Shown: piece after piece, positions 47,106 through 57,749 of the stretch
How the letters are laid out: each line of letters starts with the position of its first letter
Position numbering within the stretch: position 1 is the stretch's first letter
Origin: Patescibacteria group bacterium
GTDB taxonomy: Bacteria > Patescibacteriota > Patescibacteriia > Buchananbacterales > UBA6539
DNA: 64,000 bases
Direction: 5' to 3'
Assembly (NCBI GenBank): GCA_041662625.1
Contig: JBAZSB010000001.1
Span: 374,467-438,466, forward strand
Made by a program: the position numbers and the translations under genes
Notes under the pieces: model-generated
Seen by the model: only the letters and a program-made list of their open reading frames with translations
What the model was told of the DNA's origin: nothing
Database searches by the model: none

Positions 47106-48240
47106 TGTGAAAATTTTTATTTTTACAAAAGATTTTCCTAAAAAAAATTTTATCGGCGGGGCGGAAATCCAGGCTTATCTTTTAGCAAAATATCTCACTT
47201 TAAAAAATCATCAAATTAAATATTTGGTCTTAAAGGGAAAAAAAGGATTAGCCCAAACAGAAATTGAAGGATTTAAATTATTTTCTCTTAGTAGTCAACA
47301 AGAAAGCGACTTAAAAGCAATCATTAATTTTTATCAGATCAACAAAAAAGAAAAGCCAGATTTATTTTTTATCCGCGATTTTCGCTATTTATTTATTTTT
47401 TATCTTACCTGCCGCTTCTTAAAAATTCCGGTAATTTACAATACCACCCATATTAATAATTGTTTGCCTTATCCTAAAAAAATAAAATTCAGTATAAATA
47501 TCCTGGCAACCTTAATTTCGGCCAAAGCAGCACTAATCCATTTCTTGAACTTTAAAACTTTAAAAAAAGTCCACGTTATAACCATCAATAGACTCCATGC
47601 TGAAATCCTTAAAACTAAATACAATATAACGGCTACCCCAATTTATAACAGCATGGAAGATAATTACCAAAAATTTAAAGTCGCTGAAAAAGAAGATATT
47701 ATTGTTTGGGTGGCAAATTTGAAAGGTAGAAAAAGACCAGAAATTTTCTTACAGCTAGCTCAAGAGCTAAAAGAAACTAATTTTAAATTTTTAATGATCG
47801 GTTACCTGCAGAATAATATTGATTTATACAAAAAGTTAATTGAAGAAACACAAAATTTTAATCCCAATTTCAAATACTTAGGCGGACAAGCAGTTGAAAA
47901 AGTTGATGAAATTTTAGCCAAAGCAAAAATTTTTGTTAATACCTGCCTGCCAGAAGGCTTTGGCAATAATTTCATCCAAGCCTGGCTAAATGAATGCCCA
48001 ACAATCACTTTAGATTTTGACCCCGATGATATTATCAAAAACAATAAAATCGGTTTTCATTCCGCCTCCTATGAACAATTGGCTAAAGATACTAAATTTT
48101 TAATTACTAATGAAAATACCAGAGCCGAGATGGGCAAACATGCCCGGGAGTTCGCCCTAAAAAATCATTTACCAAAAAATAATGTCTTGAAGTATGAAAA
48201 TTACTTCCTAAGCATAATTAATAAAAAACAACATGATTAA
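47106..48240 (+). CDS. glycosyltransferase family 4
   Basis: GT4 C-terminal motifs. The GTG at 47106 (VKIFIFTKDF) is the likely start, because the ORF-track start at 47032 overlaps the upstream gene. Confidence 0.65.
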
Positions 48241-49276
48241 AAAATTGAATAATTTTATTAACAAAATTGAAACAAGCCTGGGTCGGACTAAACTGATTTC
48301 CCTGCCTAGATATGCTCAGATTGAGCCCACCAATCGCTGCAATGAAAAATGCGTCTTTTGCCCCCGCAATGAAGCCAATTATGACGTCCCGCTTGGTGAC
48401 ATGAGTTTTGACCAATTTAAAAGTATACTTAAGCAAATTCCGACTTTGACTGATATTCAAATTAACGGTTTGGGTGAGCCGCTGCTTAATAAGGATATCT
48501 TGACGATGATCAAATATGCCGCCAACCGAGGCATCAGTGTCGCCATGAATTCCAATGTTACTGTTGTCAACGAAGAAATGGCCAAGAAATTAGTTAGCTC
48601 CGGCCTTGGACTGCTAAAAGTATCAGTGGACACTACTGATCCAAAAGTTTATCAATCTATCAGAAAAGGCAACTTCGAAAATGCTATCAATGGCATAAAA
48701 AATTTAGTCAAAGCCAAAAAAGAATTGGGTTTAAGCAAGCCAAGTATTTGGTTTAACTCAATAATTTTAAAACAAAATATTGACGAGTTATCAAAAATTA
48801 TAAAACTGGGAGAAGAATTGGGTATTGATCAGGTAAGGTTTAAACCAATTGATACTTTTGATCTATACCAGAAAAATGACTTGCTGGTAGATAATAATAA
48901 ACTGTTGGAAACACTAGAAGCAACCCAAAAGGAATGCAAAAACCTAAAAATAAAGCATAACTTGGATAAATTAATTGACGAGTTTAAAAATTATTACCGT
49001 CCGCCGCAAAAGCTCCCCTGCTTTTCTCCTTGGTATGAAGTGTATATTCAATATTATGGCGGCGTCAGACTTTGCTGCGAATTTTATAGCAAAAAATATG
49101 ATGTTGGCAACATCTTTGAACAAGGATTCAGAAATGTTTGGAATAGTAAAAAATACCAACATATTCGCGCCTCATTCAGTAAAGGCGATACTTATTTCCC
49201 CGTCTGCCAAACTTGCAACCGGTTCAAAAGAAATATTAGAATTTATAATAAACTAAAAAAATTAAAATTAAGATAA
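48233..49276 (+). CDS. radical SAM / SPASM-domain protein
   Basis: CNEKCVFC (Cx3Cx2C). C-terminal Cys cluster. Confidence 0.75.
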   Translation: MIKKLNNFINKIETSLGRTKLISLPRYAQIEPTNRCNEKCVFCPRNEANYDVPLGDMSFDQFKSILKQIPTLTDIQINGLGEPLLNKDILTMIKYAANRGISVAMNSNVTVVNEEMAKKLVSSGLGLLKVSVDTTDPKVYQSIRKGNFENAINGIKNLVKAKKELGLSKPSIWFNSIILKQNIDELSKIIKLGEELGIDQVRFKPIDTFDLYQKNDLLVDNNKLLETLEATQKECKNLKIKHNLDKLIDEFKNYYRPPQKLPCFSPWYEVYIQYYGGVRLCCEFYSKKYDVGNIFEQGFRNVWNSKKYQHIRASFSKGDTYFPVCQTCNRFKRNIRIYNKLKKLKLR

Positions 49277-49280
49277 TAAT

Positions 49281-50153
49281 ATGGAAAACATAAAATTTTC
49301 AGTAATTATCCCGGCCTATAACGAACAAGCTACTATTTTAACTACCATCAATGCACTAAAAGATTACCTTCGGCTCAATTTTGCCAATCACTATGAAATA
49401 ATAGTAGTCAACGATGGTTCAAATGATAAAACAGCAGAAATTCTTGGTCAGATAAATGAAAACGAGATTAAAGTAATCAATCATCCTTACAACAAAGGCT
49501 ACGGCGCCTCCGTCAAAACAGCAGTGGCGGCAAGCTTGATGGACTGGATTTTAGTCTTTGACGCCGATGGTCAGCACAAAATAGAAGATATTGGCCGCCT
49601 CATTCAAGCTAGCGATGGATTTGATATGGTGGTTGGCTCTAGACAGGGCTATAAAGGACCACTGGTCAGGCAACCAGGGAAAAAAGTCCTACACTGGGTA
49701 GCCGAATATTTAGTGGAACACAAAATCCCTGATTTAAATTCTGGCTTAAGATTAATAAAAAGAGAGTATTTTAATAAATACGCTCACTTGCTGCCAAATG
49801 CTTTCTCCTGGACAACGACAATCACCTTAGCATTCTTCAAAAACGGGCTAAATGTTAATTATCTGCCAATTGAAATTAAAAAAAGACAAGGCGGCAAAAG
49901 CACCGTAAAGATCAGTGATGCTTTTAAGACCTTAATGCTAATCTTGAGAATAATTATGCTTTTTTCGCCGCTAAGAATTTTTCTGCCGATAACCATTGTT
50001 TTAGGCACATTAACTTTAGCTTTTGGCATATTCGATTTAAGTCAGGGAAATATTACTGATGCTACGGTTTTATTACTTGTCAGCACTATTCTAATATTTT
50101 TCTTTGGCCTTTTGGCTGACCAAATTGCTTCAATCAGGCGAGAAATAAAATAA
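49281..50153 (+). CDS. GT2 polyprenol-phosphate sugar synthase-like glycosyltransferase with C-terminal TM helices
   Basis: VIIPAYNE...VVNDGSNDKT. Confidence 0.8.
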   Translation: MENIKFSVIIPAYNEQATILTTINALKDYLRLNFANHYEIIVVNDGSNDKTAEILGQINENEIKVINHPYNKGYGASVKTAVAASLMDWILVFDADGQHKIEDIGRLIQASDGFDMVVGSRQGYKGPLVRQPGKKVLHWVAEYLVEHKIPDLNSGLRLIKREYFNKYAHLLPNAFSWTTTITLAFFKNGLNVNYLPIEIKKRQGGKSTVKISDAFKTLMLILRIIMLFSPLRIFLPITIVLGTLTLAFGIFDLSQGNITDATVLLLVSTILIFFFGLLADQIASIRREIK

Positions 50154-50154
50154 T

Positions 50155-52128
50155 ATGTGCGGTATATTTGGTGTCATTACTAAAGAAGATTCAAAATTTT
50201 CGCCAGCTCTCAAACAAGGGTGGCTAGATGTTTTATTTAAATTATCTGAATCTCGCGGTAAAGAAGCAGCTGGCTTGGCAATTAAAACCGTGGAAAGTAT
50301 TGCTGTCTTTAAAAAACCAACGGCGGCTTCGGAAATGATTGGTTCCCCGGAATATAAAAAAATAATCCAGCAATATGTGACCGGCAATCATTCGGCAATT
50401 ATCGGTCATTCTCGACTGGTGACAAATGGCTTGCAAACATTACATAATAATAATCAGCCGGTAATTAAAGACAATCTAGTCGGCGTTCATAATGGCATTA
50501 TTGTCAATGTTGATAATTTATGGCAACAATTTTCTGATTTAGCAAGAAAATACGAAGTCGATACGGAAGTTATTTTGAGTCTTATCAGAAAATTTATTCG
50601 GGAAAAAGGATCAATTATTCAAGCCGTGCAAACTACTTTCGGTCATCTCGAAGGAGCGGCCTCAATTGCAGTTTTACTTGCTGATGCCCCCTATTTAATC
50701 TTAACTACCAATACAGGTTCACTTTATACCTGCCTGAGTAAAAATAAGGATGCATTTGTTTTTGCCTCGGAAAATTATATTTTAAAAAAATTTGCTGAAA
50801 AATCTAAAGAAACTTTTGATCAGGAAGAAGTCAAACATTTACCCCCAGGCATCGGCTATTTAATCAACCTAAATGATTTAAAAATTGAAGAATTTAAATT
50901 GACTGAGCTTCAAATTTCTAAAATGCCTATTGAACCGGCAAAAAACTTAGAAATAATTGATCTTTCTTTGCCTAATGGCTCACCAGAAAAAATAGACACA
51001 ATCACCCAACAAAAATCAATCAAAGGTATAGTTCAATATGAGATCCCTAATCTAAAACGATGCACTAAATGCATCTTACCAGAAACTTTTCCGGGTATAA
51101 ATTTTGATGAGCAGGGAGTTTGCAATCTCTGTCGCAATCATCAAAAAAATCAAGTTAAAGGTGAAGACGCTCTACAAATATTTACTAGTAAATATAAAAA
51201 TAATTCGGGAAAACCTGATTGTTTGGTTGCTTTCAGCGGCGGCCGAGACAGCTCTTATGGCCTTCATTATATAAAAAATATTCTGAAAATGAACCCAATT
51301 GCTTTCACCTACGATTGGGGGATGGTCACCGATTTGGCTCGAAGAAATCAAGCCAGAATATGCGCTAAATTAGGAATTGAACATATAATAGTATCAGCTG
51401 ATATCAAGAAAAAAAGAGAAAATATCAGAAAAAATATCGAGGCTTGGCTGAAAAAACCTGATTTAGGGATGGTTCCCCTCTTTATGGCTGGTGACAAGCA
51501 GTTCTTCTATTATGCCAATAAACTGATGAAACAAAATAATCTAAAATTGATGGTTTGGTGTGAAAATGAAAAGTTGGAAAATACCAAATTTAAAACCGGC
51601 TTTTGCGGTGTCTATGAAGGTAATAACCGCTGGGCCAATATGCCAGGGCGGCAAAAAATCAAATTGGCGTTTTATTATGCTAAACAATTCATTAAAAACC
51701 CCTCCTATTTGAATGCCTCGTTACTTGATACTTTATTTGCCTACCTTTCAACTTATTTACTTTCCCACGATTATCTATTTTTATACCGTTATATTGATTG
51801 GGAAGAACAAAAATTAACTTCCACCTTAATTAATAATTACAATTGGGAAACAGCCAAAGACACTAAAACCACTTGGCGGATCGGCGATGGCACTGCCCCT
51901 TTCTATAATTATATTTATTATACCGTTGCCGGCTTTTCTGAAAATGATACTTTTCGCAGTAACCAAATCAGAGAAGGATTAATTTCTCGAGAAGAAGCAT
52001 TAAAGTTTGTGAAGGAGGAAAATGAACCGCGGCCGGAGTCACTTCAATGGTATGCTGATCAACTCGGACTTGATTTAGAAAAAACGATAAAAATTATCAA
52101 TTCAATCCCTAAACGTTATAAAATATGA
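50155..52128 (+). CDS. N-acetyl sugar amidotransferase (AsnB-like glutaminase + PP-loop, WbpG-like)
   Basis: MCGIFGV N-terminus. PP-loop SGGRDSSY in the C-terminal half. Confidence 0.65.
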   Translation: MCGIFGVITKEDSKFSPALKQGWLDVLFKLSESRGKEAAGLAIKTVESIAVFKKPTAASEMIGSPEYKKIIQQYVTGNHSAIIGHSRLVTNGLQTLHNNNQPVIKDNLVGVHNGIIVNVDNLWQQFSDLARKYEVDTEVILSLIRKFIREKGSIIQAVQTTFGHLEGAASIAVLLADAPYLILTTNTGSLYTCLSKNKDAFVFASENYILKKFAEKSKETFDQEEVKHLPPGIGYLINLNDLKIEEFKLTELQISKMPIEPAKNLEIIDLSLPNGSPEKIDTITQQKSIKGIVQYEIPNLKRCTKCILPETFPGINFDEQGVCNLCRNHQKNQVKGEDALQIFTSKYKNNSGKPDCLVAFSGGRDSSYGLHYIKNILKMNPIAFTYDWGMVTDLARRNQARICAKLGIEHIIVSADIKKKRENIRKNIEAWLKKPDLGMVPLFMAGDKQFFYYANKLMKQNNLKLMVWCENEKLENTKFKTGFCGVYEGNNRWANMPGRQKIKLAFYYAKQFIKNPSYLNASLLDTLFAYLSTYLLSHDYLFLYRYIDWEEQKLTSTLINNYNWETAKDTKTTWRIGDGTAPFYNYIYYTVAGFSENDTFRSNQIREGLISREEALKFVKEENEPRPESLQWYADQLGLDLEKTIKIINSIPKRYKI

Positions 52129-53189
52129 GCAAACTAAATATCATACACTCAATACTTAAAAATAAACTTGGAATCCCCCAATACCCAGCTTTTGTCACTT
52201 ATCTAGTCACCTGGCGATGCAACGCACGTTGCATTATGTGCAATGTTTGGAAAAAAGAACAAAAAATAGCTGAAGAATTAACCCTCCCAGAAATAGAAGG
52301 GATATTTAAGCAACTTAAAAAAATAAATGTCTTGAGAATTACTGGCGGTGAACCGTTTTTGCGTCAAGATTTGGCGGAAATAATTAATAAAATAGAAAAA
52401 ATAAATTCGCCGGAATTGATCCATATCACCAGTAACGGTATTTTGACTGAACAAATTATCGAGATTGTTAAAAAAATAGAGTGCCCAGAAAAAATTCATA
52501 TAAAAATTTCAATTGACAGCATCGGCAAAAAACATGATGAGATTAGAGGCATAACAAATGCTTATGATAAAGCGATGGAAACTGTAAAAAGATTAGTTGA
52601 GCTCAGAGGAAAAACTCATCTCCATGTAGGGGTAAATCAAACAATTGTTGAAGAAAAAGAAATTGATTCTTATTCCAAACTAAAAAAAATACTAGAACCG
52701 CTGAAAGTGCCCGTCTATCCAGTCATCGCCACCGATACCACTGGCAGTTTATATAATGACGAAGATACTGCTAACCCTAATAATGCCACTAAGACTTTTA
52801 CTCCCTTTTCCAAAGATGGGCTAAAAAGATTCATTAACGAGATGCTAAAAGACAGTAAAAAAATGAACAATCTTGAAGAAAGAATAGTAGATCGATATCA
52901 CCTTAAGGGTTTGTATAATAGACTAGTCAATAATAAGAATAAACCTAATCCTAAATGTGTCGCTTTAAACAATCATCTCAGGATACTCCCTAATGGTGAT
53001 ATTCCAGTTTGTTTATACAACGGTAATATTGTCGGCAATCTAAAAAGAACACCTTTCAAGGATATTTGGTTTGGCAAAGATTTAAAAAAATATCGCACCT
53101 GGGTGAAAAATTGCCAAGGTTGCTGGTTCAGCTGCGAATCAGCCGTTAGCGGAATTTATACCGGCGATATTTGGAAAGGGTTGCTGTAA
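52125..53189 (+). CDS. radical SAM / SPASM-domain protein
   Basis: CNARCIMC. C-terminal CQGCWFSCE. Confidence 0.75.
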   Translation: MSKLNIIHSILKNKLGIPQYPAFVTYLVTWRCNARCIMCNVWKKEQKIAEELTLPEIEGIFKQLKKINVLRITGGEPFLRQDLAEIINKIEKINSPELIHITSNGILTEQIIEIVKKIECPEKIHIKISIDSIGKKHDEIRGITNAYDKAMETVKRLVELRGKTHLHVGVNQTIVEEKEIDSYSKLKKILEPLKVPVYPVIATDTTGSLYNDEDTANPNNATKTFTPFSKDGLKRFINEMLKDSKKMNNLEERIVDRYHLKGLYNRLVNNKNKPNPKCVALNNHLRILPNGDIPVCLYNGNIVGNLKRTPFKDIWFGKDLKKYRTWVKNCQGCWFSCESAVSGIYTGDIWKGLL

Positions 53190-53235
53190 ATACCCGAATC
53201 TAAAATATTGAATTTGACCAAACTAGCTATAAAAA

Positions 53236-54180
53236 ATGAAAAAAAGATTTAATTATAAAAATTTTTTGTCCTTAATTGGCATTGGCTTTTTTATCTTCAT
53301 TATTGTTTATGTTATTGACCTAAAGAGTTTATTATTAACTATTAAAAGAACAAACTACCTTTATTTTATTCCTATATTTTTTCTTTGCTTTCCCCTGATT
53401 GGCTTTAAAGCCTGGCGCTGGCAGATAATAATGAGGAAACAAAGCATTAATTATTCATTCATAGGCTGTTTTGCCATGTATTCAGTCGGGACATTATTAA
53501 GCCTGGTTACACCAGGGAAAATCGGGGAAGCAGCAAAAATATTTTATCTTCATCAGGATAATTACCCTTTAAGGTCTTCATTAATTACTATTATTTTTGA
53601 CCGATTAGCCGATCTGATCTTCTTAATTCTAACGACTTACGTTGGTTTTTTTATTTTCAGCCAGTATTTTTCCCAAGAAATTCTTTACTTAACCCTATTA
53701 ATGATCATCAGCCTGATCTTTTTGTACTTGATAAACAAAAACAAAAACTATCTAAAGATATTAGAGTTTATTGTCCCAAATAAATACAGAGAACTAATTA
53801 TCAAAAATTCCCAAGGAATCATTGGCGACTTTAAAAAATATAATTTTAATGAGTACTTGTTTATTTTTTTTCTGACATTCGGAAGCTGGCTGATCTATAT
53901 AGGTCAAATCTATCTTTTAGGGCTATCACTAGGCTTAAATCTAAATTTTTTATTTATTATTCCCATGGTTGCCTTAGCCAATACTGCCGATCTATTACCA
54001 ATAAGTTTTAACGGGTTAGGCACTCGCGAAGCAATCTTTATCTTTTTTTTCAAAATCATAAATTTACCAGCCGAGAAAGCAGTAGCTTTGGGAATTTGCC
54101 AACTCTTTATTGTTTTATCGGTTGCGGCTATCGGTTTTCTTTACTGGCTAAAAAAACCTATAAAATTTAATCTTAGATAA
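53236..54180 (+). CDS. flippase-like membrane protein (LPG-synthase-TM / UPF0104 family)
   Basis: 314 aa, about 8 TM. Confidence 0.5.
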   Translation: MKKRFNYKNFLSLIGIGFFIFIIVYVIDLKSLLLTIKRTNYLYFIPIFFLCFPLIGFKAWRWQIIMRKQSINYSFIGCFAMYSVGTLLSLVTPGKIGEAAKIFYLHQDNYPLRSSLITIIFDRLADLIFLILTTYVGFFIFSQYFSQEILYLTLLMIISLIFLYLINKNKNYLKILEFIVPNKYRELIIKNSQGIIGDFKKYNFNEYLFIFFLTFGSWLIYIGQIYLLGLSLGLNLNFLFIIPMVALANTADLLPISFNGLGTREAIFIFFFKIINLPAEKAVALGICQLFIVLSVAAIGFLYWLKKPIKFNLR

Positions 54181-54181
54181 A

Positions 54182-54853
54182 ATGGCTGAAGAATTTCAAA
54201 AAAAATATTGGGAAAGAGACGAACTAGACAAAAGGAGGCAACCGGACCATCCGATTATTAAATTATTTGCCGAATCAAAGATTCAAGAGATCCGAAAGTA
54301 CATCAATTTTGATAATCAACAAAAACTCTTGGACGTAGGAGCAGGCAATGGCTTTTTTTCTTATTACTTTGATAAAATTTGCCAAGTAACAGCTGTGGAC
54401 TACTCGGAAAAAATGATCGAGTTAAATCCGGTTAAAAACAAAATGGTCATGGATGCCAATAATTTAAAATTTGCTGATAATTATTTTGACATAGTTTTTG
54501 AATCTTGCCTCTTACACCATGTTGAAAATGAAGATAAAATTATTTCGGAAATGAAAAGGGTTTCTAAAAAATATTTAATTTTTTTAGAGCCCAATCGCAG
54601 TAATCCTTTAATTTTTCTTTTTGGACTAATTAAAAAAGAAGAAAGAAAATCTTTGAACTTCTCTTTAAAATATTTAACAAAAAAAATTAGGAATAACAAC
54701 CTAAAAATATTATTAGCTATTTCCCATGGCATAATTGCGCCAAATAAAATGCCAAAGTTCCTAGCACCAGTTTTAAATCTGTTTGACAAAAAAATACCTC
54801 TTATAGGTATAGATAATTTGATTATTTGCGAAAAGTTGCAAAATAAATCCTAA
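54182..54853 (+). CDS. class I SAM-dependent methyltransferase
   Basis: LDVGAGNGFF motif I. Confidence 0.6.
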   Translation: MAEEFQKKYWERDELDKRRQPDHPIIKLFAESKIQEIRKYINFDNQQKLLDVGAGNGFFSYYFDKICQVTAVDYSEKMIELNPVKNKMVMDANNLKFADNYFDIVFESCLLHHVENEDKIISEMKRVSKKYLIFLEPNRSNPLIFLFGLIKKEERKSLNFSLKYLTKKIRNNNLKILLAISHGIIAPNKMPKFLAPVLNLFDKKIPLIGIDNLIICEKLQNKS

Positions 54854-54897
54854 AACCTAAAAACATTGTTTTGTTTTAAATCATCCTTAGATAAAGG

Positions 54898-57741
54898 TTA
54901 CTTGCCAAAACCAATCTCCAAATTCTTAGCAACAAAATTACTATCAAATTCTGGCTCAAGGGAAAAATTACCTTCTCCAGCAAAACCACCTTGAATATCA
55001 CTATTAGTAATATCAACTGAAGAATTATCTTCGGTTTTTATTTGGACCAAATTGTTCCAAATAATATTTTTATCAAGTCTGGCTGAAGATTTACCAAAAA
55101 TTTCCTTTTTTTGATACAAAAATACCCCGGAATCCTTATTGTCAATTATGGTATTTTGAATGATTTCTGATTCAGATAGATCCTTGACCGCAATACCAAT
55201 ATTACAACCCTTCAATAAATTGCTAAGTATTTTCGGAGTGGAATTTTCACCAACACTAATACATTTATCCCCCGAGCTCAGGATTTTATTATCTTTAATC
55301 AATACAGAAGAACCAGAAATATCAATTCCATCATTACCATTATCATAAAATTGATTACCTTCAATCAGGCTACCTTTAGCGGCAAAATCAAAATCAAAAG
55401 CATCAAAACCATTACTATGGAAAATTGAACTATAAACTTCACCAATAGCATCTTTAATATTCAAACTATCATCGCCCGAAGCTTGATAAAAAACGCTATT
55501 TTTTATTATGACATCAGAATGGTAAAAAGATATTTGGCCGGAAACAAAAATGCCATTCACATAAGCCTGGCTCCCACCACCGATACTGACATTCTCAAGC
55601 TGGCTTGTTTTATCTTCTTGACCAATGACTGCCACAACGCCCCAAGGCTTAGTATTATCTAAACGATGAATTACAATCGGATTTTGAGCAGTCCCTGCTG
55701 CTTTAAGCGGTATATAACTGAAAATAGAAACTTCAGGCCCCACTTCCAAAACTGCTCCAGCACTAATTATCCATTGATCAAAACATTTAGGGATAATTAT
55801 ATTCTTATCAAAGCGATAGACCCCGGATGGCAAAACCAAACTTTGACCGACCATTTTGAATTGGGGAAATTTTCTTAAAAATTCTGATTGGCTTAGAAGT
55901 AAATCATTAAAATTGTTGAAAGTCGTACTGTCAATATAAACTTTATCATCACTCATTTTTTTACCCGTAACGGCGTTATTTATGTCAAATTCAAGATTAT
56001 TAAATACTTCCACTGATGATAAATTCGAATGATTATTAGCTACGATAAAAAAATTATATTTAGTATTAATAATTTGAATTGGCTTCATCAAAGGCCCAAC
56101 ACCAGCTTCGTAATCTTGTACATTATAATCAATATTTTGACTAATTTCTCGATCGGCCAACATCCGCTGGTTAAAATTATCTATAATTAATGCCTGATTA
56201 TCACTAGTAAAATTGCCAAGTTTTGAGTCATCATTATCAAATTTGCCATTTTTATTGCGATCAAAATATAAACTTAATGTTCCTTGTATTTTTTGGTCCT
56301 GATTTAAATTTATTTTTAATTCATTTAATTCAACCCCGCTGAAATTGTTCACTAAAAATTCGATCCGAGCTAAAACAGCTAAGGAATTGATTTGGCTTTC
56401 TAAATTTTCCGAAAAATCAATTGCAACCGAAACCTTACCATCGTTTAAAAGGTCCTGCGCCTCATGGAAAAGATCATTGAATCTTTGGCGCCTGATTTTC
56501 AATTTTCGGTCAAAATAAAAGCTACTGTAATTTGTCTTGCGATCCCGATAAACCGCAAAGCGTATATCGTCATAAGCCTGATCGAAAAAAGCTAAATCAT
56601 CAGTTAAATTCTGTTCATTTTTGACATAATCCCATAAGACTTGGTTCCTTTGATCAAGAAATTCTGAATTTTTAATAATTCTTGTTACTAAGGGATTATA
56701 GACGATATCAATAACGGAAGAATTTGATAAACCAACATCAGATGGGATAAATTTAAATTTGCCAATAGTGCTATCAAAGTAAATCCTCATATTATGAGCA
56801 AAATCTTGATGATAACTGCCAGCTAGCATATTTAAAGCACTCCACTTATAAAAATTGTCTAGATCAACCAAATATGGAATTTTAGCAAAAAATTCTTCAT
56901 CACTGGCATTATTGATTAGATCCAAAAGCAGATTAATTTCGGCATAATTGTCAATAAGGGAAATTTTATCTTGATTATCTTTTTGCCAAGCATTAGGATC
57001 CTTAAATAGCTGATCAGTAATCTTTTGATCACTATAAACGTTAACGTCAGCTGCCTGTCGATTTTTCTCTAACATCTTACCGTCAGTTGGTTCCTGCTGG
57101 ATATAAGGTCCATAAAACGCCCCATTAATCTTCAAAGTAACTAGCTTAAATTCTGGCACGGCCAGACCCAATTTTTTTGCTCGATAATTATTCAAATATT
57201 CAGCAATATATTCCCGATCATCAGGCAAAATTAGATCAAATTCCGCTAAGCCAAAAAAGTCACCGTCTTTAAATCTAATACGCCATGATTTCTTCGTATT
57301 CGACCAATGATTTGCACAATCGCCCCTCACTCTTACTTCTACCGGATAGCTTTTATTTTGAAATTCAAAGGTGGCCGATGTATATTTTGTTGCTTCTTTG
57401 GGCAGACAGTTACAACAAAGGCCATTAATCGAGGCTAGTACTCTTTCTAGATCTTTTAAATCATCTTTGTTGATTGTTAATTTATACCGGGGTAAATCTG
57501 GTCCTTTAATCATTAAGGGTAGATAATAAATATCTAAAATTTTTGGCACACGACTTAAAAAACTCAGGGAAGGATGATTATTAACTAAACCGTCAATTCG
57601 ACCGTTGAATTCAGACCAAAAAAGAAAGCCAGAAAATAAAAATATTAGCGCCAATAGTATTGATAAAAACAAAAATCTTTTCCGGAAAATCCTAACACTA
57701 AATTTTCTACCAAAATAATTTAAAAAATTTAAGATTTTCAT
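54898..57741 (-). CDS. CotH-domain protein with C-terminal right-handed parallel beta-helix repeats
   Basis: N-terminal CotH-like region. C-terminal NxxG/beta-helix repeat pattern. N-terminal TM anchor. Confidence 0.55.
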   Translation of the reverse strand: MKILNFLNYFGRKFSVRIFRKRFLFLSILLALIFLFSGFLFWSEFNGRIDGLVNNHPSLSFLSRVPKILDIYYLPLMIKGPDLPRYKLTINKDDLKDLERVLASINGLCCNCLPKEATKYTSATFEFQNKSYPVEVRVRGDCANHWSNTKKSWRIRFKDGDFFGLAEFDLILPDDREYIAEYLNNYRAKKLGLAVPEFKLVTLKINGAFYGPYIQQEPTDGKMLEKNRQAADVNVYSDQKITDQLFKDPNAWQKDNQDKISLIDNYAEINLLLDLINNASDEEFFAKIPYLVDLDNFYKWSALNMLAGSYHQDFAHNMRIYFDSTIGKFKFIPSDVGLSNSSVIDIVYNPLVTRIIKNSEFLDQRNQVLWDYVKNEQNLTDDLAFFDQAYDDIRFAVYRDRKTNYSSFYFDRKLKIRRQRFNDLFHEAQDLLNDGKVSVAIDFSENLESQINSLAVLARIEFLVNNFSGVELNELKINLNQDQKIQGTLSLYFDRNKNGKFDNDDSKLGNFTSDNQALIIDNFNQRMLADREISQNIDYNVQDYEAGVGPLMKPIQIINTKYNFFIVANNHSNLSSVEVFNNLEFDINNAVTGKKMSDDKVYIDSTTFNNFNDLLLSQSEFLRKFPQFKMVGQSLVLPSGVYRFDKNIIIPKCFDQWIISAGAVLEVGPEVSIFSYIPLKAAGTAQNPIVIHRLDNTKPWGVVAVIGQEDKTSQLENVSIGGGSQAYVNGIFVSGQISFYHSDVIIKNSVFYQASGDDSLNIKDAIGEVYSSIFHSNGFDAFDFDFAAKGSLIEGNQFYDNGNDGIDISGSSVLIKDNKILSSGDKCISVGENSTPKILSNLLKGCNIGIAVKDLSESEIIQNTIIDNKDSGVFLYQKKEIFGKSSARLDKNIIWNNLVQIKTEDNSSVDITNSDIQGGFAGEGNFSLEPEFDSNFVAKNLEIGFGK

Positions 57742-57749
57742 AATTTAAT

